Shown one piece after another: positions 12,624 through 25,700 of a stretch of 64,000 nt of DNA (its first letter is position 1; every line of letters begins with the position of its first letter). Origin of the DNA: Anaeramoeba ignava BMAN (taxonomy: Eukaryota; Protista; Anaeramoebae); NCBI GenBank assembly GCA_028826165.1, contig JAPDFW010000091.1, positions 186,001 through 250,000 on the forward strand. Direction: 5' to 3'. The position numbers and the translations under genes were made by a program. Under the pieces are notes generated by a model. That model did no database searches and was not told the origin of the DNA. It saw only the letters and a list, made by a program, of their open reading frames with translations.

Positions 12624-14381
12624 ATGAAAAAATTTAATCAAATGATTTTTTTTGGTGAAAATAAATACCAAAAACTTTTAAAAAATGAATCAGAAACAAT
12701 AAAACCAATTCAATTCAAATTTGAAAATGAAATTGAAAAAGAACTTGATTTTGAAAATGAAAATCAACTTTGTCAAATTTCATCAGGAAATCATTCAACA
12801 ATTTTCCTTTTTGAAAATGGAAAAGCAGCGGAATATTTAAACCAAAATCTAAAAAAAATGGAAAATGAAGATATCCAAAAAGTAACTGTTGGTTTTGAAA
12901 ATGAAGCTATTTTAACAATAAAAGAAGATGTACTTGCAAAAGGATTTGATATCGATTCAAATAATCGAAATAAATTTATCAATATTTCATCCTTAATTGA
13001 AGATAAAAATGATAGAATAATTCAAGATTTTATTTGTGGTGCTCGTTCAATTTACTTATTAACTTCAAATCAAAACGCTTACGGAATTGGTTCAAATGAA
13101 TATAATCAACTTGGTTTTGATTCTAAATCACTTTATAAAACAGAAAAGCCAATTTTGATGAAAGAAAAGATTTCTCAAATATTTTCAGGAAATTCTTCAT
13201 ATCATGTTTTTCTTTTGAATTCAAACCAAGAATTATTTGGATGCGGAAATAATATTGGTGCACAACTTGGATTAGGAAATGATTTTATGGAAGAAAAAGT
13301 GCTATTATCCAAAATCCAAAATATTCCAAAAGGCAAAATCATTGATATTAAATGCGGAAATTTTCATTCAATAATGTTGATTGAATTTAAAACAAAAAGA
13401 AAACTTTATTCATGTGGGTTGTGCCAATATACTGGATTGGGCAAAGAAAATGAGATAATCGGAGAATTTACTGAAATCGATTCATCTTCATTTGAAAATG
13501 ATGATGATGATATTCTTGATTTTTCTTGTGGAAGTGAACACACTTTGATTTTAACAAAAAAAGGAAAACTAATAGGATTCGGAAGTAATTCTTACGGTCA
13601 ATTAGGAACTGGAGATGCAAAAGATCAACTTATTCCAACTCAGATTGAAATTCCAAAATTAGCATTTGATGATATTTCCAATTATCAAATTTCTTGCTCC
13701 AAAAATGGATCATTTCTTTCTTCAATTTCAACTTTCTCAAGTATTGAAAACGATTTAGTTACAATTTTCCAAAGAAAGGAATTTTGTGATGTTTTCTTTG
13801 ATACAAAGAATCCAAATGAAAAGATAGGAGCCCATAAACTGATTTTGGATAGACGATTAGGTTCTCAATTTGATGATTTTAAAGAATTAATTTCTAGAAA
13901 ATCTATTCAAGAAGCAAATCAAATATTTGAAGTTGTTTATGGAAGAAATCAAATCAAAACAAAAGAAATGTATGAAATTGTGACTAAATTCAATTTATTT
14001 GAACCAATTAGAGAAACAATGAAGGAAATTTTTGAAAGTAAAAACGATAGTGCAAAAAATGTTACTATTCATAGAAATGGACAATCATTCAAATTCCCCA
14101 AAATTTTATTAATCGCAAGAAGTGGTTTATTTAAAAAAATTTTTTTGGAAATGGAAGGTGAAGAATTAATGGAATTTGATAATTATAGTGAACTAAGTGA
14201 TGATGCATTTGAAATCATAGAATATTGGATTTACTCAAATCAAATCAAAGAAGGAATTGAAATTACAGAAGACATTATTGATGAATTCAAAACAGGAACT
14301 GATTATTTTCAATTAAATCAAGCACATCCAAATTTATTAGATTTATTACTTTTTGAATTTGAAAATCAAAAACAAAATTAA
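12624..14381 (+). CDS. RCC1-repeat beta-propeller plus tandem BTB/POZ protein (most divergent paralogue)
   Basis: Repeated GxNxxGQLG and CGxxHT blades; BTB motifs FCDV...IGAHKLIL and FPKILLIARSGLF...IIEYWIYS. Confidence 0.88.
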   Translation: MKKFNQMIFFGENKYQKLLKNESETIKPIQFKFENEIEKELDFENENQLCQISSGNHSTIFLFENGKAAEYLNQNLKKMENEDIQKVTVGFENEAILTIKEDVLAKGFDIDSNNRNKFINISSLIEDKNDRIIQDFICGARSIYLLTSNQNAYGIGSNEYNQLGFDSKSLYKTEKPILMKEKISQIFSGNSSYHVFLLNSNQELFGCGNNIGAQLGLGNDFMEEKVLLSKIQNIPKGKIIDIKCGNFHSIMLIEFKTKRKLYSCGLCQYTGLGKENEIIGEFTEIDSSSFENDDDDILDFSCGSEHTLILTKKGKLIGFGSNSYGQLGTGDAKDQLIPTQIEIPKLAFDDISNYQISCSKNGSFLSSISTFSSIENDLVTIFQRKEFCDVFFDTKNPNEKIGAHKLILDRRLGSQFDDFKELISRKSIQEANQIFEVVYGRNQIKTKEMYEIVTKFNLFEPIRETMKEIFESKNDSAKNVTIHRNGQSFKFPKILLIARSGLFKKIFLEMEGEELMEFDNYSELSDDAFEIIEYWIYSNQIKEGIEITEDIIDEFKTGTDYFQLNQAHPNLLDLLLFEFENQKQN

Positions 14382-14432
14382 AATTAAAATTAAAATTAAA
14401 ATTAAAATTTTTCATTTTTTTTCTTTTTAAAA

Positions 14433-16238
14433 ATGAATGATTGTTTATTTTTTGGTCAAAATGAATTACCAAGAATCATTGCTTTTGAACCAGAAAAAAT
14501 AACAAGACCAATTAAATTTAAATTTACAAGTGAAAACCAAAATGCAGAAGATTTGGAAAAACAAATCAATCAAATTAAACAAATTTCATCTTCAAGTTTT
14601 TCAACAGTTTTCCTTTTTAAAAATGGAAAAGCAATTGATTATAGAAGAAGAGTAAATACTCAAAAAATCCAAATTGAAAATATCCAAAAAATGACTATTT
14701 GTAACTGGAATGAAGCTATTTTAACAATAGAAGGAAATTTATTTGCCAAAGGTTATTATGTTAATCCATCCAATCGAAAAAAAATGATTAATATTTCATC
14801 ATTAATTGAAGATACAAATGATAGAATAATTCAAGATATTGTTTCATGCGTTAAATCAGTTTACTTATTAACTTCAAATCAAAATGCTTATGGAATTGGT
14901 TCTAATTCTTTTGGTCAACTTGGTTTTGATTCTAAAACACTCGAAAAAACACAAAAACCAATTTTAATGATGAAAAATGTTTCTAAAATATTTTCAGGAA
15001 ATACTTCTTTCCATGTTTTTCTTTTAAATTCAAATCAAGAATTATTTGGATGTGGATATAATGAATTTGGTCAACTTGGATTAGGAGAATCAAGAAATGA
15101 AACAGAAATCAATAAATTAACCAAAATCCAAAATATTCCAAAAGGTAAAATAATTGATATTCAATGTGGATATTTTTATTCAATAATGTTGATTGAAAAT
15201 GAAAATGAAAATGAAAATCCAAAAAGAAAACTTTATTCATGTGGAAAATGCCAATATAATGGACTTGGCAAGTATGATGATTCTTATGAATTTACTGAAA
15301 TCAAATCTTCTTTATTTGAAAATGATAATATTCTTGATTTTTCTGTTGGAGGTTCTCATACTTTGATTTTAACAATAAAAGGGAAATTAATTGGATTTGG
15401 AAGAAATGAATATGGCCAATTAGGAACTGGAGATACAAATGATAAACCAATTCCAATTCAAATTGAACTTCCTGAATTAAGATTTAATGGAGATATTTCC
15501 AATTATCATGTTTCTTGTGGAGATCAGAAATCTTTCCTTTATTATTCTCCTTCTTCTTTTTCCAATCTTGAAGAAGATTTGATAAAATTATTTAGAAGAA
15601 AACAATTTTGTAATATTTCATTTAAAATAGAAAATGGAGAAATAATTGAAGCTCATAAATTAATATTGAAATATAGATTAAATCAAGATCAAAATCAAAT
15701 TGAAAAACTTCAAGAAATTATTTCAAATAAATCAATTCAAGAATCAAATCAAATATTTGAAATGATTTATTCAAACAATTCTAAAATAAATCCAATATTA
15801 TATTCAGAAATTAAAGAAATTATAAATTTAAATGAAAAAATTGAAGAAACAATGAAAAGAATTTATTTAAATGAAAATGAAAATGAAAAAGATTTTATTA
15901 TTGAAAGAAAAGAAAAACAATATAAATTTCCTAAATTAATATTAATAATGAGAAGTGAATTATATCGAGAAATGTTTTTATCTGTTAAAAATGATACTTC
16001 TAATAAAGTTACAGATTATAGTGAATTAAGTAATAAATCATTCCAAATAATTGAATATTGGATTTATTCAAATCAAATTAAAGATGAAATTCAAATTACA
16101 CAAGAAATTATTGACGAAATTAAAATTGGAATTGAATACTTTAAATTAAATCAAACAAATCCAAATTTATTTGATTTATTAAATGGGCAATTTAATAATC
16201 AAAATCTCCAGAAAAAAGGAAATTGCTTAATTTTTTAA
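14433..16238 (+). CDS. RCC1-BTB-BTB protein with C-terminal CaaX-like end (KKGNCLIF)
   Basis: Same architecture as neighbours; intronless ORF. Confidence 0.88.
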   Translation: MNDCLFFGQNELPRIIAFEPEKITRPIKFKFTSENQNAEDLEKQINQIKQISSSSFSTVFLFKNGKAIDYRRRVNTQKIQIENIQKMTICNWNEAILTIEGNLFAKGYYVNPSNRKKMINISSLIEDTNDRIIQDIVSCVKSVYLLTSNQNAYGIGSNSFGQLGFDSKTLEKTQKPILMMKNVSKIFSGNTSFHVFLLNSNQELFGCGYNEFGQLGLGESRNETEINKLTKIQNIPKGKIIDIQCGYFYSIMLIENENENENPKRKLYSCGKCQYNGLGKYDDSYEFTEIKSSLFENDNILDFSVGGSHTLILTIKGKLIGFGRNEYGQLGTGDTNDKPIPIQIELPELRFNGDISNYHVSCGDQKSFLYYSPSSFSNLEEDLIKLFRRKQFCNISFKIENGEIIEAHKLILKYRLNQDQNQIEKLQEIISNKSIQESNQIFEMIYSNNSKINPILYSEIKEIINLNEKIEETMKRIYLNENENEKDFIIERKEKQYKFPKLILIMRSELYREMFLSVKNDTSNKVTDYSELSNKSFQIIEYWIYSNQIKDEIQITQEIIDEIKIGIEYFKLNQTNPNLFDLLNGQFNNQNLQKKGNCLIF

Positions 16239-16278
16239 TTTTTAATTTTTCATTTTTTTCATTTTTTTCTTTCCAAAA

Positions 16279-18033
16279 ATGAATGAAATTTTATTTTTTG
16301 GTTTAAATAAAAATCCAAAACTTATCAAAAATGAACCAAAAATAATAACAAAACCAATTCAATTTAAATTTGAAAATGAAAATGAAAACGAAAATGAAAA
16401 ACAAATTAAACAAATTTCATCAGGTTATTTTGGAACAATTTTCCTTTTTGAAAATGGAAAAGCAATAGAATATTCAAATGAAAATAATTCAAATCAAAAT
16501 CCTGAAAAAATCCAAATTGAAGAAAATATTCAAAAAGTAACTGTTGGTTATTCAAATGAAGCTATTTTAACAAAAGAAGGAAATGTATTTGCCAAAGGTT
16601 TAGATATTAATCCAAAAAATCCAAAAGAATTTATCAATATTTCATCATTAATTAAAGATAAAAATGATAGAATAATTCAAGATATTGTTTCTGGTTATAG
16701 TTCAATTTACTTATTAACTTTAAATCAAAATGTTTATGGAATTGGTTCAAATCAATGGTGTCAACTTGGTTTTGATACTAAAACACTTAAAGAAACACAA
16801 AAACCAATTTTAATGATGAAAAATGTTTCTAAAATATTTTCAGGAAATTGTTCGTTTCATGTTTTTCTTTTAAATTCAAATCAAGAATTATTTAGTTGCG
16901 GGAATAATTATTCTGGTCAACTTGGATTAGGAGAATCAAGAAAAAAACAAGAATTAGTAAATAAGCTAACCAAAATCCAAAATATTCCAAAAGGCAAAAT
17001 AATTGATATCAAATCTGGATTGCATCATTCAATAATGTTGATTGAAGATGAAAATCCAAAAAGAAAACTTTATTCATGTGGTCATTACAGATATAATGGA
17101 TTTGGCAAATTCGAAAATGAATTTACTGAAATCAAATCTTCTTTATTTGAAAATGATAATAATATTCTTGATTTTTCTGCTGGTTATTATCATGCTTTGA
17201 TTTTAACAATAAAAGGGAAATTAATTGGATTTGGAAGAAATTATCATGGCCAATTAGGAACTGGAAATACAAAAGATCAAAGAATCCCAATTCAAATTGA
17301 ACTTCCTAAATTAAGATTTAATGAAGATATTTCCAATTATCATATTTCTTGTGGATATTATAATTCATTTATTTATTATTCTCCTTCTTCTTTTTCTAAT
17401 CTTGAAGAAGATTTGATAAAATTATTTGAAAGAAAAGAATTTTGTGATATTTCATTTAAAACCAAAAATGGAGAAATAATTGAAGCTCATAAATTAATAT
17501 TGAAATATAGATTAAATCAAAATCAAAATGAAATTGAAAAACTTCAAGAAATTATTTCAAAAAAATCAATTAAAGAATCAAATCAAATATTTGAAATGAT
17601 TTATTCAAACAGAATAATAAATCCAAAATTATATTATGAAATTAAAGAAATTATAAATTCAAATGAAAAAATAGAAGAAACAATGAAAAGAATTTATTTA
17701 AATGAAAATGAAAAAGATTTTATTATTGAAAGAAAAGAAAAACAATATAAATTTCCTAAATTAATATTAATAATGAGAAGTGAATTATATCGAGGAATGT
17801 TTTTATCTGTAACAAATGATAAATCAAATAAAGTTACAGATTATAGTGAATTAAGTAATAAATCATTTCAAATATTTGAATATTGGATTTATTCAAATCA
17901 AATTAAAGATGAAATTCAAATTACACAAGAAATTATTGATGAAATTCAAATTGGAATTGATTATTTTCAATTAAATCAAACAAATCCAAATTTATTTGAT
18001 TTATTAATTAACAAATTTAATAATCAAAATTAA
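16279..18033 (+). CDS. RCC1-BTB-BTB protein
   Basis: RCC1 blades; EFCDISF...EAHKLILKYR; KLILIMRSELYRGMF. Confidence 0.9.
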   Translation: MNEILFFGLNKNPKLIKNEPKIITKPIQFKFENENENENEKQIKQISSGYFGTIFLFENGKAIEYSNENNSNQNPEKIQIEENIQKVTVGYSNEAILTKEGNVFAKGLDINPKNPKEFINISSLIKDKNDRIIQDIVSGYSSIYLLTLNQNVYGIGSNQWCQLGFDTKTLKETQKPILMMKNVSKIFSGNCSFHVFLLNSNQELFSCGNNYSGQLGLGESRKKQELVNKLTKIQNIPKGKIIDIKSGLHHSIMLIEDENPKRKLYSCGHYRYNGFGKFENEFTEIKSSLFENDNNILDFSAGYYHALILTIKGKLIGFGRNYHGQLGTGNTKDQRIPIQIELPKLRFNEDISNYHISCGYYNSFIYYSPSSFSNLEEDLIKLFERKEFCDISFKTKNGEIIEAHKLILKYRLNQNQNEIEKLQEIISKKSIKESNQIFEMIYSNRIINPKLYYEIKEIINSNEKIEETMKRIYLNENEKDFIIERKEKQYKFPKLILIMRSELYRGMFLSVTNDKSNKVTDYSELSNKSFQIFEYWIYSNQIKDEIQITQEIIDEIQIGIDYFQLNQTNPNLFDLLINKFNNQN

Positions 18034-18487
18034 AATTAAATTTAAAATTAAATTTAAAATTAAAATCAAAATTAAAATCAAAATTAAAATTAAAAATTAA
18101 AATCAAAATTAAAATTAAAATTAAAATTAAAATCAAAAAAAAAAGGAGAAAGAAAAAAAAGGAGAAAGAAATGTCCAGTTTAATCTTAAAAAAAATATTT
18201 TTTTTGCTCTTTTTTTTCCTTTTCATTTTTTTCAATTTTTTTCAATTTTTTTTATTAATAAAAGAGTTTTGATCTGCGTTTATTTTTACTTTATTTGCTT
18301 CTTTTTTTTTTTGTAATTCCTTTTTTTTTCTCCTTTTTTACAATTTGAATTTATAAATTATTTAATAATATAACATTAATAACTATTCATTTTTCAATTT
18401 CATTTTTACTTATCCAAAAACAAACAATTAAAAAAAAAACAATTAAATCATTTTGCCCCCTTTCAATAAACAAATTAAATTAATAAC

Positions 18488-19693
<1,206 letters not shown>

Positions 19694-19707
19694 TCAAATT
19701 AGGAAAA

Positions 19708-22700
19708 ATGAAAATCATTCTTTTTTTTTGTTTTTCTTTTACTATTCTGATTTCATTTATTCAAAATCAACCTATTTTGAACAATTCTTTTGATTTCCCT
19801 ATTGGAATGAGAAATCCTGTTTTTTCTTTGATTGATGAAACCAATGGATTTGTTTATTTTCTAGATTGTGATTTAGATGATTATTCTCTTAATTCTTCAT
19901 TCTATAAATCTGATTTGAATACTCTTGATTTTATTGATTCAATTTATTTTGAAAATATTGATATTTCAATTGGAGTAATTGATACAATAAATCAAATGAT
20001 TTATTTTGGTGCAGTTACATTAGATGATTTTGATGAAGAATTTTCTCAAATTATTCAATTCGATTTATCAAGTTTTTCCATTTCTAATTTACTTAATTTT
20101 TCTTCATTGGATTCAAATTTTTTATATTCTGAAATTGATTTAATTAATTCAAAAGCTTATTTTATTGATTCTTCTGATGATACTTCAATATTCAAAATTG
20201 ATTTATCAACTTTTTCCTTTGAATCTAATTCAAGTATTACTGGAGATTATTCAATTATCTCAACTTTAATTGATATTGAAAATGAAAATCTTTATCTCTT
20301 CACAGAATATGATGATGATTCAAATATTGAAATTCATAAATTTGATTTACAAAATTTTTCAGAAATTGATATTCTTACTTTAGATCAAATACCAAATAAT
20401 CCAGAAAGTATTTCAGGAATTATTGATAATTCAACAAATTTAATGTATTTTGGAGCTTTTTATTATTCTTCTCAATCTTTATTCATTGTGAAAATCAATT
20501 TAACTGATTTCAAATATGTTGATCATATAACAACAATATTAGAAGAAGATACACAAGTTATGAAAGGAGGAATTGATGAATTAAATCATTTAGCTTATTT
20601 TCTTACTTCTCCAAATTGTATGATTTTCAAAATCAATTTAACTTCATTTGGATTTATAGATTTATATGAATTTTCCAATTTGGAATGTGTATTATCTTTT
20701 GATTCTTCAACTACAAATACTTTTATTGGATTTAATGATTCAACAATTATTAATTTTGATTTAATATCCTTCAATCCAATTAAATCAGGTTTTATTTTAG
20801 ATTTCCAAAATGCATCAGTAATTTTAATTGATGAATTAAATCAAATTGGTTATGTTGGATTTGATTATGTTTTTGGATTAGTTTCTCAAATTAATCTTAC
20901 TTCATTTGAAATAATTGATAATTTAATAAATGATAATTTTTCAGATAAAATTAAATGTGGAGAAATTGATTTATCAAATGGATTCGCATATTTTTTTATA
21001 AATTGTGAAATTTCCAATTCAGAAATAATTCCAAAAATTATGAAAATTGATTTAGCAAATTCTACAAATTCAGAAATGAAAATTATTGATTCAAATGGAG
21101 AAATTCAAACAAGTTGTTTTGATAAAGAAAATCAAATTATTTACATTGGATATTCAAATTTTACTGAAGGAAATGGAAAAATTCTTGAAATTAATTCTCC
21201 AAATTTAGAAATTATCAATTCTTTTACAATTTCTGATTTTTAAAACAATTTCACAATTTATTTGTTGATTCTTCAAAAGGATTTCTTTATTCATTTTTTG
21301 AAATTGATAATTTTATTGGATTTCAATCTCATTTAATTAAAATTGAAATTTCTTCTTTTAATCAAATTTCTTCATTGGATTTATCAAATTATTATCCAAT
21401 TACCACAATGACATTAGATTCAATTCATCAATATATTTATTTTGATGGAAATGGAATCTGTAGAATTGAATTATCTCAAATGGAATTGATTGGTTGCTTT
21501 TATGATTACCATTCCTTTACCTATTCCTTTCTTGATTTAACTAATAATTATGTTATTTTCATAAAAGAATATACTTATTCCAATTATTGGGCTCAAATAG
21601 ATACAACTTCTTTTGAAATTGTTGAAGAGGGAAGTTTGAATTTTCTTTTCAATATTTCTTCCCTTGATTCATCAACAAGATATCTTTATTCAATATTTGA
21701 TTTTTTTGATGAAGAAAACTATGTTTATCATGGAATCCTTTCTTTTGGTCAATTTTCTCTTCCAAATCCTCCAAATCCAACTCCAACTCCAAATCCTTCA
21801 ACTGAAAAATCTTCAAATAAAACAACAATTATTGTTCTTTCAACAATTATTCCAAGTTTAGTAGTGATTTCTTTAATTGTTATTTTGTTAATTTTGAAAA
21901 AGAAGAAGAAAAAGAAAAAACAAAACAAAACTAATGAAAGAGAAGAATCAACAAAAACTCAAAAAATCAAAAAAACAAGAAAATGTTCTCTTTTTTTCAA
22001 AAGAATTTTCAAAAAAATTTTTAAATGGATTGGTAAACCACGCTTTCTTGATTTTGTTGGAGATGATGTTATTTGGAGATCACTTACAATTATTTTACTT
22101 TCTACTTTTTTCATTTTTACATTTGGAGTTGCAATTAGATATTTACTTGAAGGAACAAAAATGAATGAAGATAAAATTGGAATTAAGTAATTCTTTTCTT
22201 TATTTTCTTATTTGGATATTATTAACTGATTATTTCAAAAACAAAAAAAAATTAGTTTGGATTTCTTCAAATTTCAAAATGAAACTATGCTTTATTCTTT
22301 CCAACCTTTTACTGCAGAAGTAAATTATTATTTTTTCTTTCATTTTTTAATTTTTTCTTTTTTTTATTTTTGATTTTAGTTAAGAGTTTCCAAAAAATAT
22401 AAAAGTGATGGAATACAAAATTGTAAAGTAACTGTAAGAGGATTTCCTTTAGATTCTAATCAAATTTATGAAACAAATGATTTGAGTTTGATTCAAATGA
22501 AAGAAAATATCAAAAATGAAATTATAATATCAGGAGATACAATTCAATATTCTGATGAAGATGGATTTGTGAAATTTTCAAATCTTTCAATTATTTCAGG
22601 TTCAAGTATCACAATTAATTTAACATTTTTTGCAGAATGTGAAATTGAAAATGAATTTAAAATGAATGGACCTTGTAAATATTTTGTTTAAATTAATTTC

Positions 22701-25700
22701 AATTTTAATTTTAATTTGAAATATTCTTTTTGATAAAAAATTTATTTTGAAAAATTTTCTTAATTTAGCTGAAAATATTCAAATAGAATCAAATCTTCAA
22801 ACTGCTCAAGTTTCTTTCCCATTTTTAATGGATGCAATCATGTATTTAATTTAAATTCAATTAAATTCAATTCAAATTAAATTAAATTAAATTTTCTTTT
22901 TTTTTTTTTATTCTTTTGAAGTTGATGGTTTTTATTTTTTAGAAAATGAAACATTAGATACCCAAAAATACAATTTTGAAGAAGAACTTTCATTATTTTT
23001 TGGAATTGATGAAGATTCATATTCAGCAAGTTTCTTTGATTGGGATAATATTATCTTCTTTCCTCTTCCAGCAAAAAGAAGTTGGTCTTTTCCTGAATAT
23101 GAACCTTATTGTAAAAATAAATTTCCTTTTTTTTCTTTGAATATTTAAATTTGAGGAAAAAGGAAATATTTATTTTCAAATTAAATCAAAAATTCAAATC
23201 CAAAATCAAAAATTATTTAGTGTTTACAAATTCAATTTCATCTTCTCTTTTCCCAAATTCCTTATTTGAAACTGTTAAAATGAATTATTTATTCAGTGGA
23301 GCAACTTCAAAAAGAATGAATTTAACAACTTTTTATCAAGGAAATCAAATGAAAATTTATGATGATTCACAATTATCTGATTCCTCTGGTTATTTTATTT
23401 TGAATTTTGAAACAAATGGTTTGTAATTTATTATTTCTTTTTTTTTATTATTTTTAGATTTAAAATTAAAATTTCAAATTTAAAATTAAAATAGTTTCCA
23501 AAATTGAAATTATTGAAAATGGATCTTTTAGTGTTAAAGAAGGAGAAATATTTTCAAAACCTTGGGAAATTAAAATTCAAAATAATGAAAGTATTCCAAT
23601 TCAAAATAAACCAATTTTTGCAAAAATTTCCAAACAATGTGATATTGAAATTTCAGAAAATCAATCTCCTATTCAAAATTCTAAAGTTCTTTTAAATCCT
23701 ATTGCTTTTACAAATGAATTTGGAATGTAAAAAATTTATCAAAAAAAAAGAGAAAATTAATATAAAAATTAATACAAAAATTAATATAAATTGATTGATT
23801 TAAATTGAATAATTTTAGAGCAACTTTTTCAGATTTAAAATTTTCAGTTTCAGGATTAACAAGAAATAATTGTTCATTTAAAATTAAATTTATTTCAGAT
23901 GGAATTTCTATTGAAACTGATAATATTCAAGTTAATTCATCAGTTAATAGATTTATTTTTCCTTTAACTGGTTATTATGATTATTTTTTCATTAATTTGT
24001 ATTCTAATGGTACGCTTAATTACTTTGATATTTACTATATTGTTCAAGTTCAAGATGAATTTGGGAAAGCAATTCCAAATAAATTAATTACTTTAACTTG
24101 TTCAAATTTTACATTTCAACCTTATCAATTTATTACAGATCAAAATGGATTTGTTGTTTTATATTTAGATTATACTTTAATTGTTCCAAAAGATTTTGAA
24201 TATAATGGTTGGTATTCTTATTCTTATCAAAATTGTAGTGTTATTTCTGATGATATCAAATCAGATGAATTTACAATATCTTTGGAAATGTACGGAGAAC
24301 CTGAATTAAATTCAACTTTTATTGGAAAAATCAATATAACAAATTGGAATGAAAATATAACATCAGGAGAATTGATAAATTTGAATATTTCTATTCAAAA
24401 TCATTTTGGAAATGTAATTTCAAATGAAAGTTATAATTTAACAGGATTTATTAATCCAGGAGATTTACCAATGGGATATTTAATTTATCCTGAAGAAGGA
24501 TATTGGAATATTACAAATGGAGAAGGAATAATTTCAACAAAAATTTATGGAATTTCAATGAGAAGTGAATTATGTTTAGTAATTGGAAAAGATTATATTC
24601 CTGATTTTGAAAATTATGATTGGAAAGAATGTTTTGAAATGAGTTTATTAAATGATATTGAAAAAGTTGAAATTTCACATTTTCCAAATCCAAATCAAAT
24701 GTTCATACCTGGTCAACTTTTTGGAAATGAATCAATTAAATTGAAAGTAATTGGAAATAATATTTCAGAAACTAATTTAACTGTTCATATTTTTGCTTTA
24801 AATGTAACTGATTATTATGAAGAATTTTTTGGAATAAATTCAAGTGAAATTATAAAAAATGAAACAAATAATTTATTTGAATCTATTTATCAATTAAATG
24901 GAACAGGTTTGTATTATTTAATAATAAATATTATTTAAATTCTTTAAATCCAAAAAAAAATTAATTTTATTTATTTAAAATTCAAATTTAAATTTAAATT
25001 AGATGAATTAATTTTGGATAATTTTAGAATAAATCAACAATCAATTTATGATTCAAAAAATGAAGAATTTAATCCTTTCAATTTAATAATTTTTGTAAAT
25101 GGAATTCCTTCAAATTCCGAAATTCCTGTTAAATTTTGTTTTCCTCATAAATCTTTGAATTTAAATGTAACTTGGAATACATCTATTCCATTTGTATCAG
25201 GATATAAGAGAATTCCATCTCAACCAATTTTACAAATTACTGATTCAATAACAGGAAATCCAATTCAAGGATATTATGTTTATTTTTCAATTTTGGATGA
25301 TTCAATTGAAATAATAGATTTTAATACAGGAATAATTGGAGATATTTTAAGTACAACACCTTCAGATGTAAATGGATATGTTACTTGGAATATTTCTTTT
25401 CTCAAAATTACAGAATCAAAACAAATTCAAGGAATATTTTGGATTTCAGATTGTGAATATCAATCACCTTATAATAATATTAACAGTAAATTCGTTTATT
25501 TCGATGTTTCAACTGAAGAATTTGATTGGAAACTTTTTGATCTTCCTTCTGAAATTTTTTATGATCAGCCTTCCACAGCTTCTCCTCAAGTATTTGTTTT
25601 TAATCCAACTACACATCAACCTATTCCGAATAAATATATTTCCATTGGCTATATTGGTTATTATGAGGAATATTTTCATTACAGAACAGAAATTACAAAT

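Noticed and set aside
21238-21265. Programmed frameshifting, stop readthrough or alternative genetic code (also at ~27270, 38932, 57490, 59135, 62930)
   Set aside because: Breaks fall in homopolymer or repeat runs typical of long-read errors; conserved genes end normally on TAA/TGA and have no in-frame stops
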